Position numbers and translations under genes: made by a program. Under the pieces are notes generated by a model. That model ran no database searches and was not told the DNA's origin. It was given only the letters and a program-made list of their open reading frames with translations. Below are positions 21,286 to 32,362 of a stretch of DNA of 64,000 nt, piece by piece. The first letter of the stretch is position 1. The number at the start of each line of letters is the position of its first letter. Source of the stretch: Spirochaetia bacterium (GTDB lineage: Bacteria > Spirochaetota > Spirochaetia > WTKD01 > G963693115); NCBI GenBank assembly GCA_965226055.1, contig CBDDCA010000006.1:128001-192000 (forward strand). The letters run 5' to 3'.

Positions 21286-21969
21286 ATGAGCACAGAAAAT
21301 ACAATAAATCAAGATACAATAGATTGGGACAAAATAGACCTAGAAGCATTAGATGACAAAAAAGTAGAATTCTTTTATAACAATGCAATACAACTTGTTA
21401 ATAATATAAGAAAAACATCAGATACCCATAGACAAAAATCAGGTCTTTACTTGACAGGATGTATACTATTGCTAACAATAATAATCCCTTTAGTAATGCA
21501 AATAGTACCTTCAATATCCAAAATAACATATACAATATTTAAGGAGAATACTACATGCTTATTTATATTTGTTGTTTTATTAATTACTATCGGTATACTA
21601 GTAATGTTTATTATCATAACAGGATTTTGGAAAGCAATTAAACAATTTCATATAACATTACAAAATAAACATTTTATCAGACCATATTTACCACCGCGAA
21701 GCTTTTTTGAAAATGAAGTATATAAAAAAGAGATGAAAGAAATAAAAATAGATACAATAAAATTATTAGAAAATAAAATAATCCCTGAAAACTTTAATAC
21801 CCAAATAGAGAATACTAAATCATTAGACAAAGGAATAAAGTATTTTATAAAAGCATTCTATATGCTTATAATTTCTCCTATAATACTTTCTATATTGATA
21901 ACAATACTATTAGTTCTACTTCAAATATATAATCCTCAATTACTATATACTATTTCTTACCATTATTAG
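21286..21969 (+). CDS. Hypothetical 3-TM membrane protein, very AT-rich
   Basis: AAAGGAG RBS; helix-TM-TM-soluble helices-TM topology. Confidence 0.7.
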   Translation: MSTENTINQDTIDWDKIDLEALDDKKVEFFYNNAIQLVNNIRKTSDTHRQKSGLYLTGCILLLTIIIPLVMQIVPSISKITYTIFKENTTCLFIFVVLLITIGILVMFIIITGFWKAIKQFHITLQNKHFIRPYLPPRSFFENEVYKKEMKEIKIDTIKLLENKIIPENFNTQIENTKSLDKGIKYFIKAFYMLIISPIILSILITILLVLLQIYNPQLLYTISYHY

Positions 21970-22105
21970 ATATTGGAGGATCATAACTTTCTCGTTCTAT
22001 CATTCTTGGATCAATTCTCAAAGTAGTCCTAGCAGTATATCTGCCATTATCAGAAGACACCTTTTGTGGTTGAGGTGTCTGTTTAGTTTGTTTATTCTTA
22101 CTCAT
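21950..22105 (-). CDS. Putative 51-aa hydrophilic peptide convergent with the 3-TM gene
   Basis: Manual translation MSKNKQTKQTPQPQKVSSDNGRYTARTTLRIDPRMIERESYDPPISNNGKK; TGCTATAAT 6 nt upstream of the ATG. Confidence 0.4.
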   Translation of the reverse strand: MSKNKQTKQTPQPQKVSSDNGRYTARTTLRIDPRMIERESYDPPISNNGKK

Positions 22106-22350
22106 AATTATATTATAGCATATTTACACTATTTTTATTATCTCTCTTCTGCAAGTTTGCGGATTCAAGGACTAATTGCGACAGCAAAGGCTTTAGTAGT
22201 AATCCAATAGAATATTCGACTCATCCTTTTTCTTATAATACAATATACAGCACAGGAGCTTTTGAAGAAGAGCCAACAAGATCTATTTTACGTAATGAAC
22301 GCAGTGCAGAAGTAGACAAGCAATGTCTTCCAAAAAGACTACCTATAAAG

Positions 22351-22379
22351 AAAAAAGAGAGTGCTATGCACTCTCTTTT
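22351..22379 (-). terminator. Rho-independent terminator of lipoprotein copy 2
   Basis: AAAAGAGAGTGC-tat-GCACTCTCTTTT hairpin with T-run on the minus strand, 12 nt after the stop. Confidence 0.85.
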
Positions 22380-22391
22380 AGCTACACTACC

Positions 22392-25300
22392 CTACGATGA
22401 GGGACATGCTACTTTATCACTTTTATCCTTTGGGTACTGTGCTGTTTTGCCAGCCATAGCTGAACCGGAAAAAGTACTATTAAGTATTTGTACCTTACAT
22501 ACTTTCCACGATGATAAATCTTGGTTAAATGAACTAGCTTGAAAAAACATAATATTAATAGCAGTAACATTCTGTACATTCCAACTCCCTATATCTTGAT
22601 TAAATTTAATTGCTCCTGTAAACATACCAATCATAGTAGTAACTTTACTCGTGTCCCAATCTCCTATGTCTTGATTAAATTTAATTGCTCCTGTAAACAT
22701 ACTAATCATAGTAGTAACTTTACTCGTATCCCAATCTCCTATGTCTTGATTAAATACACTTGCATCAGTAAACATAGCCCCTGTACTCTCTACATTACTC
22801 ATATTCCACTGTGTTATGTCTCCATTAAAAGTACTATCATCATTGAATAAATTACTCATATCAGTAATAGCACTGGTATCTATCATATTGAGGTTGGGGC
22901 TAGGGTTACTGTTTCCTCCTGAACCTTGCCTTGTTTTTTCTTCGCTGATAATAGTTTGTAGTGCTGATTTTGTTGTTGGTCTGTAATAGGCTTCTGCTTT
23001 TCCTGATGGTGCTGTTCTTATATCTGTCCGTATAACGATAGTGGCTGGCACTTTTTTCTTTGAAGCGGTTATTGTACACTGTGCTACATCATAGCTATAC
23101 TCAGTAATGGCAGTGTCTCGTATATTGGACTTATTTGCTATGCCTGTTATGGTAACTGTTTTGCTACTCTGTTCAAACGATACTGTAAGGCCTGTTTCTT
23201 TTTTGATTTTCTCTGCATCTGCCTCTTGTATATTGGCATCACAGGTAAAGGCATTGCCACTGGGTGTGCTGGTAAGTACTCTTGTAATATTTGATGCTAG
23301 TGCTGTACCTACTGTTGCTGATACTATGCTAGTGTTTCCTATAGCTATTCCTCTTGCTTCAAACTCGTGGCGTAGTCCAGTGGATGCTTTTGTGTCATCG
23401 GTGCTGTTTACTGCTTGTACTACTATTTCGTAGGTCGTTCCGTTTGTCAATCCTGTCAGGGTAGTGTTTGTTGTTCCTGCTGCTATGTTTTTTGTTGCTG
23501 TATTAGCATTTGCTTTTATCTGTGCTACGCTTCTCGTTGTATCACCACTCTTAGCAATGCTGTATACTTTGTACGATACCTGTGCTACTGTTAGGGTAGC
23601 TCCTGTATTTGCTTTGTGGCTTGCACTGAGGCTGGGAGCTGTCCATGATATTCTCATACCTGTCTGGGCTACTCTTGTCTGTATAGTTGATACTTCTGCG
23701 GGGGCGGTCGCCTGCGATGCTGTCGTTACACTTGCCACTGTTGAGGATGCTACTTTCTTGCTTGGGTCTGTTTTTACTGCTACTTCTACCACAAAATAAT
23801 ACTTTGTTGCTCCTTTTATTGCTACTACTGGTGCTGTGTCTGAAGATAAGCCTAAACTCGCAAGGGCTTGTACTGTGTACACTCCGCTACTTGCACTGCC
23901 TAGGTTTACTTTTCTGCCTGCAAGTACTTCTGCTACTGTAGGGTCAGTGTCTTTCTGTAAGCCATACACGGTGTATACTAGCTGATTGCTTGTTGTTACT
24001 GTTGTGCCATCGTAGTCTTTTGCTCCTGTAAATGTATTTAGCTCGGTAAGTACCAGCTTTATTGTTCCTGTAGTGTTTGTTGACTGTGATACTACCAACT
24101 TTCCTGTCAGTAATGACTGGCTGGGTGCTACTGCTTTGGAAGTATAGATTTCTTTTATTTCTGTTACATCGGTGTAAAAGCCTGCAGGAAAGAGCTTGTC
24201 GCTATTTGTTGCATCGTAATTGGGAGATGTTGTGTTGACTATCCTCACTCCTATGTAGTAATCTTTGGCTGTTTCTATGGGGGTTGCTCCTGCATTGCTT
24301 CCACTGGCGCTGTCTACTATTGGTATGGATATGGTTGATTGAGTTGTTCCTGTTGCTTTTGTGTACTTTGCTACTTTTACACTACTTTTTTCCACTGCCC
24401 ATAAAGCTGATACACTGGCAGGCTTTCCAGTAGTATCTTCTTTCTTGAGGTATAGCACATAGTACGCAAGGTCTGTTGCTGCAAGGGCATTGCCGTTTGC
24501 CTTGCTCACTCCTGCTATGTCTGAGGCATTTACTTGTACTGTTATGACTTTTTTCCCTCTATTGCCTCCTGTGCTAGGCACTGCAAATACTACTGCATTA
24601 CTATTAGTGTAGGTGGTGCTTTTTGGGGTATTTGGTGGTGCAGTAAGCGTTGCTTTCTTTATTGTTGCTGATGCTCCTGTACTATACGAGGGATTGAGGC
24701 TGTTTATTGCTTCTACTCCTGCGGTATAGTCTGCTCCTTTTGTTCCTATAAATGTTGCTTTTAATGGAGTGCTATCTCCTGCTAGCTCCCGTGTTTGTAC
24801 TCCCGCAAGGGCTTTTATTTCTTCTAGTGTCTTTGTGCTGTGGTCTCCTGCTGCTATGTATACTTTGTATTGTATTTGTGCCTGTGTGAGTTTTGCTCCA
24901 CTAGGTGCTTTGTTATCATTAGTAATAGTACCTGCACTAAATGTATAGGCTGCTTTTGCAGTTGTTTGGGTTACTGACTCTACGGAGAGCTTTGCATCTT
25001 TTGCAGCGGGCGGTGCTGTCGAGGTGCTATCGTATACTGCTACTGCATCAGCAAGTGCGGTTACGGGGCTTACTCTGTTATTTGCTATTTGCAGAAAATC
25101 AAAGCGATAATTCTTGGCATTTGCTTGGCTCTTGGGTACTTCTACGCCATCTGCTATCCCAAAGCTAATGGTGGTTGCTGTGTTTGTTATGCTTTTTTCT
25201 GCTATTAAGGTAGCTCCATCTTTCATACGCAGAGTATAGTATCGTCCTATGCCTGGAGCATTCTTAAAAGTTGCTTTTATCTGTATAGCTCCTGTTGTGT

Positions 25301-27134
25301 CAAGTGTAGGCTTGCTTTGAAAGAGATCCTCTGAGGGAGCTGTGAGTGAGTTGGGGGTGGTTATGTCTTTTGTTGCTTGGCTACTTTTGTTTTCTGAGTA
25401 ATCAAGCGTGAGTATTGTTATGGTGTATGTTTTGCCTTGCACAAGTTCCTCAACAGAGAGTGATGTTGTGGGATAGGGTATTTTCTTCTCGCTCAGTACT
25501 GCAGTGCTTGTGCCTTTTTCTGCTATGCTTATGCTGTATTCTTTTATGTCTTTGTTGTTGGCTTTTGTTGTATCGGGGGCTGTCCATGTTATCTGTGTGC
25601 CTATCTTTGCTGCTGATACAAAAGGATAGCTTGCTTGTATGTTTGTTACTGCATCGGGGGCGGTGCTATCTGCTGATGTGGTTACTGTGGCTGTTGCTTC
25701 TGTTCCTTTGTTGCCTGCACTGTCCATTGATACGACTGCCACTGTATACTCAGTGGTAGCTTTGAGGCCTGGTATCTGTGTATTGCGTACTGTTCTCTCT
25801 GTTATTGTTACTGTCTTTGCTGCTGTTGTGCTGTCCTTTTCTGTTGCTGTTATAGTCACTCCTGCATAATCTCGTACATCGGGGGCTTGCCAGCCTACTA
25901 CTATGCTGGTTGCTCCTCCTATGGCACTTACATTGCTTACAGGCTCTGTGCTTTTGTCTGTTGTTGCTTGTTCTTTTGACACTGCAGTGGAGTACTTTCC
26001 GTTTTGAGAAACATACACTTCTACTTTGTAAGTAAGCGTACCGTAGAGTTTTGTGAGGGCTATGCCATCTTTTGCCACATACACAGTGGCGTACTCTTGG
26101 TTGTCTGCACTTGCTCCGCTGACATTTGTTGCACTTGTATCTTTGTCTATTGTCTCTTCTGCTACTACTGTATTTGTTGCGGTTGCTGTGACTCGTACTT
26201 GGAGACTTTTTTCTGTACTTCCTGTTCCAAAGTCAAAACTCCCCCACTTAATAAGCAGGCTTTCATCGGCTGGGCTATTGCTTTTATCGTTTGCTGTTAC
26301 TGTAAGGTCTGATGCGGAAAGTGGCGTTACTGTTTGTGAGAGTGCTGATGGCACTATGCCTCTGAGTGCTTGCTTTGCCGTGCTTTTGTTACCATTGCTA
26401 TCTTTGTATACTACTACTATATCATAGCTGATGCCGTCTATAGTGGGTACTGCAATAGTTACTTCTCCTTGTATTACATCTTGTACTGATACTTCTGTCT
26501 TTACATTAGTAGTTTTTTCTATCACTTGTATTGTGGCTTCGGCTATGTCTGTCTTGCCTGACGAGAGCAGTGCTTTGTCCCATGTTAGCTTTATACTATC
26601 GTTTTGTGCTTTCTCTACTGCTACCCGTGTAAAGGTGTCCTGTGGTGCAGTTTCATCGGTTAGTGTTGTCACAGAACGGGTTGTTTTTGGTGATACTTCT
26701 GTGTCTGAGCCTGAGTCTGATTTTTGGGCTTCTATCTCTACAGTATAGTCAGTGGTAGCGTGCAAGCCTCTGAGGGTGTAGGGTCTGTTTTGTTGAAACA
26801 ATGCACGATATTCTATTGCAGGAACACGCACCTGTATTGATTGGGCTGGTGTTGTTGATGTAGCTTTTACGACTACATGCGTAGCATCACTGGGAGCTTG
26901 CCAGCGTAACGAGAGTGTCCCATCGTTGCTTGCTGCTTGTATCTGCACATTGGACACTGATGCGAGTGTCGGTGTTACTGAATTTCCCCCTCCGCCTGAG
27001 GAACTGCTGCTACTCTCTGCACATCCTACGAGTACGAGGGTAGTTATTGCTAGCACTAAAAATAGTACTACAACTATAAATATGTTCAGCTTACCATTTA
27101 GCTGATAGTTTAGTTTTTTCATTACTTTTTTCAT
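22392..27134 (-). CDS. Large surface lipoprotein copy 2 (FN3-like stalk + DUF285/BspA-like tip), intact
   Basis: AAGGAG RBS, lipobox LVLVG-C, paralogous to copies 1 and 3; unique ~180-aa domain; five DUF285-type repeats. Confidence 0.9.
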   Translation of the reverse strand: MKKVMKKLNYQLNGKLNIFIVVVLFLVLAITTLVLVGCAESSSSSSGGGGNSVTPTLASVSNVQIQAASNDGTLSLRWQAPSDATHVVVKATSTTPAQSIQVRVPAIEYRALFQQNRPYTLRGLHATTDYTVEIEAQKSDSGSDTEVSPKTTRSVTTLTDETAPQDTFTRVAVEKAQNDSIKLTWDKALLSSGKTDIAEATIQVIEKTTNVKTEVSVQDVIQGEVTIAVPTIDGISYDIVVVYKDSNGNKSTAKQALRGIVPSALSQTVTPLSASDLTVTANDKSNSPADESLLIKWGSFDFGTGSTEKSLQVRVTATATNTVVAEETIDKDTSATNVSGASADNQEYATVYVAKDGIALTKLYGTLTYKVEVYVSQNGKYSTAVSKEQATTDKSTEPVSNVSAIGGATSIVVGWQAPDVRDYAGVTITATEKDSTTAAKTVTITERTVRNTQIPGLKATTEYTVAVVSMDSAGNKGTEATATVTTSADSTAPDAVTNIQASYPFVSAAKIGTQITWTAPDTTKANNKDIKEYSISIAEKGTSTAVLSEKKIPYPTTSLSVEELVQGKTYTITILTLDYSENKSSQATKDITTPNSLTAPSEDLFQSKPTLDTTGAIQIKATFKNAPGIGRYYTLRMKDGATLIAEKSITNTATTISFGIADGVEVPKSQANAKNYRFDFLQIANNRVSPVTALADAVAVYDSTSTAPPAAKDAKLSVESVTQTTAKAAYTFSAGTITNDNKAPSGAKLTQAQIQYKVYIAAGDHSTKTLEEIKALAGVQTRELAGDSTPLKATFIGTKGADYTAGVEAINSLNPSYSTGASATIKKATLTAPPNTPKSTTYTNSNAVVFAVPSTGGNRGKKVITVQVNASDIAGVSKANGNALAATDLAYYVLYLKKEDTTGKPASVSALWAVEKSSVKVAKYTKATGTTQSTISIPIVDSASGSNAGATPIETAKDYYIGVRIVNTTSPNYDATNSDKLFPAGFYTDVTEIKEIYTSKAVAPSQSLLTGKLVVSQSTNTTGTIKLVLTELNTFTGAKDYDGTTVTTSNQLVYTVYGLQKDTDPTVAEVLAGRKVNLGSASSGVYTVQALASLGLSSDTAPVVAIKGATKYYFVVEVAVKTDPSKKVASSTVASVTTASQATAPAEVSTIQTRVAQTGMRISWTAPSLSASHKANTGATLTVAQVSYKVYSIAKSGDTTRSVAQIKANANTATKNIAAGTTNTTLTGLTNGTTYEIVVQAVNSTDDTKASTGLRHEFEARGIAIGNTSIVSATVGTALASNITRVLTSTPSGNAFTCDANIQEADAEKIKKETGLTVSFEQSSKTVTITGIANKSNIRDTAITEYSYDVAQCTITASKKKVPATIVIRTDIRTAPSGKAEAYYRPTTKSALQTIISEEKTRQGSGGNSNPSPNLNMIDTSAITDMSNLFNDDSTFNGDITQWNMSNVESTGAMFTDASVFNQDIGDWDTSKVTTMISMFTGAIKFNQDIGDWDTSKVTTMIGMFTGAIKFNQDIGSWNVQNVTAINIMFFQASSFNQDLSSWKVCKVQILNSTFSGSAMAGKTAQYPKDKSDKVACPSS
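22594..22755 (-). repeat. 75-bp tandem duplication of a DUF285 repeat unit
   Basis: Units 22594-22668 and 22669-22743 differ at 2 positions; [17 protein letters not shown](S/G)MFTGAIK twice. Confidence 0.9.
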
Positions 27135-27188
27135 AATATTCTCCTTGTTGGTATCTCTATTGTGTAATTATTATTACACCTAAGCATC

Positions 27189-27246
27189 ATTATAGTACAA
27201 ATACTATTTTTGTGTGTCATATCTACAAAAAAAAAAAAAAAAAAAA
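27189..27246 (-). promoter_or_regulatory. Putative sigma70 promoter of copy 2 preceded by a T20 tract
   Basis: Minus strand: T20 (27227-27246), GTAGAT, ATGACA-N17-TACTAT(AAT). Confidence 0.6.
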
Positions 27247-27375
27247 TGCGATGAAATACACAAAAATACACAATAAAAAAATGATAATAATGCTACAATA
27301 GAGATGCTATGAACAAAAGAGCAAGCACACAACTTCTTTACTATCATTAGTATGAAACAATACTATGTAGTGAAG

Positions 27376-29379
27376 CTACATAACATTCATAGGATCGGGA
27401 TCTATTTCAATATGCACCTTATTTTTTAGTGCTATATCCGATATGCTAGGCAATAAAACAGTGCGAGAAATATGGAGTAGCTGTTTCTGGCTGCGAGCAT
27501 ATAATATAATATGCATACGATAATTTTTTGATAGCTTATACAAAGCACACGGGGCTGGTCCTAAAAAAGAGAGAGTACTCACTTTACTACTAAGAATGTT
27601 TGCACAGGTATTGGCAGTACTCACCACAGCATCTTCGTTTATGCCACGAAACACTAAACGTAACATACGACAAAATGGAACAAGATTATATTGTTTTCTT
27701 TTTTGTAACTCCTCTTCATAAAATGCTACTTGATCCCGATTGATAAAATGCTGTAAAAAAGACTTATCTTCTGCATAGCTTTGTATAATAACATGTCCTT
27801 TTTCAGAAAATCTACTTGCTCGTCCAGTCGCTTGTTCAAGCAACGCATAGGCTTTTTCGTATGCTCTAAAATCAGGAAGGGTAAAAAGACTATCACAAAA
27901 TAAGATGCCAACAAGATGAAGGTTTGGTATGTTAATGCCTTTTGCTATCATCTGTGTACCAATCATAATAGAATACTGTTTATGATAGAAATCAAGTAAT
28001 AATTGTGTACTCTGTCCTTTCTTTTTGGTGCTATCTGAGTCAATACGCACAATGTTTTCACGTGGAAATAATGTATGTATCTCATGTTCTACTCTCTGTG
28101 TTCCCCAACCACGCAAAGAGAGTGCTGTGTACCCACAACTAGGACAAAGCTCTGGTTCATCCATACTGTACCCACAATGATGACACAAAAGAAAACGCTT
28201 TTTACTTCTATGACTTACGAGTGATACCGAACAATTAGGACACTCAAAGTAAGTACCACAGTTATCACATAAGAAAGCATGGGAAAAACCTCTTTTGTTT
28301 ACTAACAATATTACTTGTTTATCAAGAGAAAGACTATGTTGTATTGCTTTTTCTAACTCTTCGGAAATAGCACGTGTTGATCCCCGTAAAGACACTATAT
28401 TCACAGTAGGAAATCCAGTAGATGAAATACGTTCAGGTAAGGATATACATCGTATATTTTTTTCTTGTATATTATACCAACTCTCTAACGAGGGGGTTGC
28501 TGACCCCATAAGTAAAAGAGCCTTTGCTTTCTTACTCCGCCACATTGCTACTTGACGTGCATGATAGCGAGGAGCTTTATCCGATTTATATGAGCCATCA
28601 TTTTCTTCATCAATAATGATCAATCCTAAACGGTTACATGGAGCAAAGATAGCACTACGTACTCCCACCACTATTGAAGTTTCGGTATGTAAGATACGAT
28701 TCCACTGATATAATTTTTGAGCAGCACTGAGTCGAGAATGAAGTACAGCAACATTTTCTTCTCCAAAACGAAACACAATAAGAGGTAATACCTGCTCTAG
28801 CAAAGCAATCTCAGGCAAAAGATAAATAACTTGCTTTCCTTGTCGAATAGCATGTTGCATGCTTTGTAAATATACCTCTGTTTTCCCTGAACCTGTTACC
28901 CCATGTAAATACACATATTCACTGGTATTGGCATCTATAGATGCACTGATGGAAACAAGGGCTTTTTGTTGATTATCTGTTAAACGAGGAAAGTCTTTTG
29001 GAAAATATGAGATAAGTGTTTTTGAAAAAGTGAGTTCTTTTGCTTTTGTATCAGTAGCAGAAATTAAGGTAAACAAACACTGTCCAAGTGAGCATACATA
29101 ATAATCAGACATCCACTGTGCTAATGCTATAAGCTCAGCAGTATACACTCTTTGAGCGTACCCTTTATCTTTTGTATCTTGCTCTATCGTTTTAATATGA
29201 ATATTCTTATCCTGTAACTCCTTTACTTTTTTATCATCTTCCTTAGACACTATAACAGCAGGAAGAGCCACACTATGTAAGCGAGCTTTTACTCTTGAAC
29301 CTATGGTAAGTTCTTGCTCACTTGCATATGTATAAGTAGAACGTAAAGGACGATTGAAAGCAAGCTGATAATAATGCAC
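27376..29379 (-). CDS. priA: Primosomal protein N'
   Basis: LHGVTGSGKTEVY, IIIDEE, SATPS, CxxC clusters, GTQMIAKG. Confidence 0.96.
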   Translation of the reverse strand: MHYYQLAFNRPLRSTYTYASEQELTIGSRVKARLHSVALPAVIVSKEDDKKVKELQDKNIHIKTIEQDTKDKGYAQRVYTAELIALAQWMSDYYVCSLGQCLFTLISATDTKAKELTFSKTLISYFPKDFPRLTDNQQKALVSISASIDANTSEYVYLHGVTGSGKTEVYLQSMQHAIRQGKQVIYLLPEIALLEQVLPLIVFRFGEENVAVLHSRLSAAQKLYQWNRILHTETSIVVGVRSAIFAPCNRLGLIIIDEENDGSYKSDKAPRYHARQVAMWRSKKAKALLLMGSATPSLESWYNIQEKNIRCISLPERISSTGFPTVNIVSLRGSTRAISEELEKAIQHSLSLDKQVILLVNKRGFSHAFLCDNCGTYFECPNCSVSLVSHRSKKRFLLCHHCGYSMDEPELCPSCGYTALSLRGWGTQRVEHEIHTLFPRENIVRIDSDSTKKKGQSTQLLLDFYHKQYSIMIGTQMIAKGINIPNLHLVGILFCDSLFTLPDFRAYEKAYALLEQATGRASRFSEKGHVIIQSYAEDKSFLQHFINRDQVAFYEEELQKRKQYNLVPFCRMLRLVFRGINEDAVVSTANTCANILSSKVSTLSFLGPAPCALYKLSKNYRMHIILYARSQKQLLHISRTVLLPSISDIALKNKVHIEIDPDPMNVM

Positions 29380-30207
29380 TTAATATGAACCTGCTACCTC
29401 ATGAAGTATTTTTTGTAATTTTTGTAAATCTAACCATACAGGACGGCGATAATCAGGATTACGAAGCACCGCACTGGGATGATATGTGGCTATCATAGGA
29501 ATGGAGTTATAGCTTAAGTGCTGCATACGTAAAGAAGCCATTGATTTTCCCCACTGCTTACTTAAAAACTGTGTTGCAATTCTTCCGACACAAAAAATAG
29601 CTTTTGGCTGTAAAATAGCAAGCTGTTTATGTAAAAAACTACTACAAGCAATACATTCCTGCTCCTGTGGGTCTCTATTTTTAGGAGGACGACATTTCAC
29701 GATATTAGCAATAAAAGCATTTGTTTTTCGACTTAACTGTATAGCTTCAAGCCATTTATCAAGATATTTTCCTGCCTTCCCTACAAAAGGACTTCCGCTT
29801 CTATCTTCATCTGCACCAGGAGCCTCGCCTATGACCATCACTAAGGGTTCAACTACTCCTTCGCCAGGCACCGTGTATGTTCTTCCTTTTGAAAGCTCAC
29901 ATTTTGTACAATGAGCTATATCCGACTGAATTTTTTGAATAGCCTCTAATTTTTCTTGATATGTCGAAACAGTATGTTTATCAGTAGAAGTATATGCTCT
30001 CACTTGCATATGCTCTGCATCAAAACTATGTGTTATATCTGTTTTGCCTGTATACGGAACTGCTTCATAGGAAACAGTGTCATCAATTTCTAGCATATCT
30101 TTCCCAAAACAAAGCCTTTCTATCATAGACGCAACAATATGAGATAGCTGTTTTCGTACAGGGAGTTTTGTCTGTTTCTTTGCTACAGTATTAGATATAT
30201 CTTCCAT
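29380..30207 (-). CDS. Family 4 uracil-DNA glycosylase
   Basis: CTKCEL, IGEAPGADED..G.PFVG, NIVKCRPP.NR, TYHPSAVLR. Confidence 0.92.
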   Translation of the reverse strand: MEDISNTVAKKQTKLPVRKQLSHIVASMIERLCFGKDMLEIDDTVSYEAVPYTGKTDITHSFDAEHMQVRAYTSTDKHTVSTYQEKLEAIQKIQSDIAHCTKCELSKGRTYTVPGEGVVEPLVMVIGEAPGADEDRSGSPFVGKAGKYLDKWLEAIQLSRKTNAFIANIVKCRPPKNRDPQEQECIACSSFLHKQLAILQPKAIFCVGRIATQFLSKQWGKSMASLRMQHLSYNSIPMIATYHPSAVLRNPDYRRPVWLDLQKLQKILHEVAGSY

Positions 30208-30275
30208 TATTTCTTTCTTCTGTTCTTTATTATAATTGTTTTTATGAAAATACTTGCATATATTCTTATATATTC

Positions 30276-31046
30276 CTACTCTTTCTTTAGTGTAGCGTAT
30301 TCAACATCACAAAGACAAAGCCCTTTTGCTGCAACAACAGTCGCACAAAGGCTATTATCTCGTGCCTGTAATATATCCTTTACCACATACTCTATAGATT
30401 TAGAGAGCTTACGATAATACGCATTCTGTAATAAAGTACCTACAATAGAACGAATCATTTTCCATAAAAAAGCATTAGCACTAATATACAATCGTATAAT
30501 ATTTGTATCATGAGAATAACTCATATGTATATTGTATATTGTACGCACAGTATTCTGCTGAGTATTAGCATGTACTGTAAAAGATTGAAAATCATGAGTA
30601 CCCACTAAGCCCTGTGCTTCGTCTTCCATTGCATTAAAATCTAATGCTGCATCAACCCCCAAAGCGTATAATCGATATATAGCAGGAACCTGCCTTCCTC
30701 GATAAAACTGATAGTAATAGCAACGCTGTATTGCAGAATACCTTGCATGAAATGTCTCTTCTACCTCCTTAGAATAGAGTACTACTATATCATCTGGCAA
30801 ATAGGAGTTTAACACAACATTTATTTTTTCCGCAGGAATATGACTACGTGTTACATAAAAATTTACATAACTTTTTTCTGCATGTACTCCTGAGTCAGTT
30901 CTCCCTGATCCAATAATTCGTATTGGAACATCATAGACTTTGTGTAATGCTTTCTCAATAGTATCCTGTACAGTTATACAATCTGATTGTGACTGAAACC
31001 CATGATACTCAGTACCATCATAAGAAATACACAGTAATATATTCAT
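30276..31046 (-). CDS. truA: tRNA pseudouridine(38-40) synthase
   Basis: YDGTEYHGFQ, GSGRTDSGVHA, FHARYSA, GTHDF, AFLWKMIRSIVG. Confidence 0.95.
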   Translation of the reverse strand: MNILLCISYDGTEYHGFQSQSDCITVQDTIEKALHKVYDVPIRIIGSGRTDSGVHAEKSYVNFYVTRSHIPAEKINVVLNSYLPDDIVVLYSKEVEETFHARYSAIQRCYYYQFYRGRQVPAIYRLYALGVDAALDFNAMEDEAQGLVGTHDFQSFTVHANTQQNTVRTIYNIHMSYSHDTNIIRLYISANAFLWKMIRSIVGTLLQNAYYRKLSKSIEYVVKDILQARDNSLCATVVAAKGLCLCDVEYATLKKE

Positions 31047-31933
31047 TCAGATTGTATTTCCTTTAGCTCTTGCTCAACTAAATCAAATGTATCTCGTGCT
31101 TGCCATAATAATGCCGAAGGTTTTTCTTTTGTTGATTTCCCAAACCCAAATACTCTACTAAGAGTCGAACGTATTTTCATAAGTGCCTTTTCTCGCAATT
31201 CACGTTCCTGTATTTCACCATAATGAAACTGAAGCCACGCATTCATATAGACAAAACCATCAAAGCCATAATCTCTATCTGTATCAGGACCATAGGTCTT
31301 CATATCTCTATAGTCTTCCTCCCCTTTCTCCATCATATCCATACTCTTTTGATAAAGAAACGCTGCTTTTCTATAAAATATTTTCATAAGCTGTTCTGTC
31401 CCTTCGTACCCAAAACTATGCATTAACTTACATATCCATGCACAGCGTAAAGTTACTATTGCAAGACGAAGTGTGGGAGATTCCTCCTTTAAGAAGCGAT
31501 TATAACTTGCAATAGCAAGAATATAAGCAGCAAGCCCCATCACTATATTTCTCTTAAAAGAAAAATTTGGTATCTCTTTTATAATGCCCTTTAATAAAGA
31601 AATTCTTTCTTCTCTTGCTTCCTCTTTTTTTAAGGCCATAATAGTCCGCTGTTTCACTCTACTAAGATCATCCGAAACCAAATAACTAAAATAACAAAAA
31701 TTACAAGAAACAACATTGTACAAAATAGGCAGTACAGTTCCATATTCTTCAGTACCAATATAATGTCGATGCAAATCTAAATCTAACTTACCTGCATCAA
31801 TTCTCCCTCTCCCTGTACGTAATTCTTCTTTATAGTTTTTTTCCTTGCATACCATACAGGTAAAAGGATCTTTATGAAAAAAACTTATATTCTCAAGTAT
31901 TTTTTCAGTCCCTTTCATATGTACACTTAACAT
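31043..31933 (-). CDS. DUF2225-like protein
   Basis: CMVC and CNFC pairs, LRTGRGR, LRCAW, GPDTDRDYGFDG; position between acpS and truA as in spirochaetes. Confidence 0.75.
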   Translation of the reverse strand: MLSVHMKGTEKILENISFFHKDPFTCMVCKEKNYKEELRTGRGRIDAGKLDLDLHRHYIGTEEYGTVLPILYNVVSCNFCYFSYLVSDDLSRVKQRTIMALKKEEAREERISLLKGIIKEIPNFSFKRNIVMGLAAYILAIASYNRFLKEESPTLRLAIVTLRCAWICKLMHSFGYEGTEQLMKIFYRKAAFLYQKSMDMMEKGEEDYRDMKTYGPDTDRDYGFDGFVYMNAWLQFHYGEIQERELREKALMKIRSTLSRVFGFGKSTKEKPSALLWQARDTFDLVEQELKEIQSE

Positions 31934-31948
31934 TTCATCCTCCCATAA

Positions 31949-32308
31949 TTAACATATAACTACTGTTGCTATTGCAAACTCTTTCTCATGTGCAATGGAT
32001 ACCCATGTTGTAGTAGCTGCACATGATACAAGTGCCTTTTGTGCGCTTCGTTCTAAACGTAAGCGCGGAGCTCCTTGTATTTCCTTCTCTATAACAATAT
32101 CTTTCAGTATTACTTTCTTTCTTACTGCTTTTATAAACGCTTCTTTTGCAGCAAAAAACCCTGCCAATGTTTCCAATGCTTTATGTTCAATTTCTGACAA
32201 AAGATCAATCTCGGCTTTTGCAAAATATCTCAACAAAAGATTTTGATTTCTCTGCCACCTTTGTAAACGCATTATCTTTACAATATCAGTACCAAGTCCA
32301 AGTATCAT
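31949..32308 (-). CDS. acpS: Holo-ACP synthase
   Basis: GLGTDIV, FAAKEAFIKA, VSIAHEKEFAIA. Confidence 0.93.
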   Translation of the reverse strand: MILGLGTDIVKIMRLQRWQRNQNLLLRYFAKAEIDLLSEIEHKALETLAGFFAAKEAFIKAVRKKVILKDIVIEKEIQGAPRLRLERSAQKALVSCAATTTWVSIAHEKEFAIATVVIC

Positions 32309-32362
32309 ATAACATAGTATACCAAACCTATCAAATAAACATACTTATAATAATTATCAATT

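Noticed and set aside
22108-22542. Long stop-free + strand frame downstream of copy 2
   Set aside because: No start codon or RBS at its 5' end; it crosses a terminator and runs antisense into the lipoprotein gene
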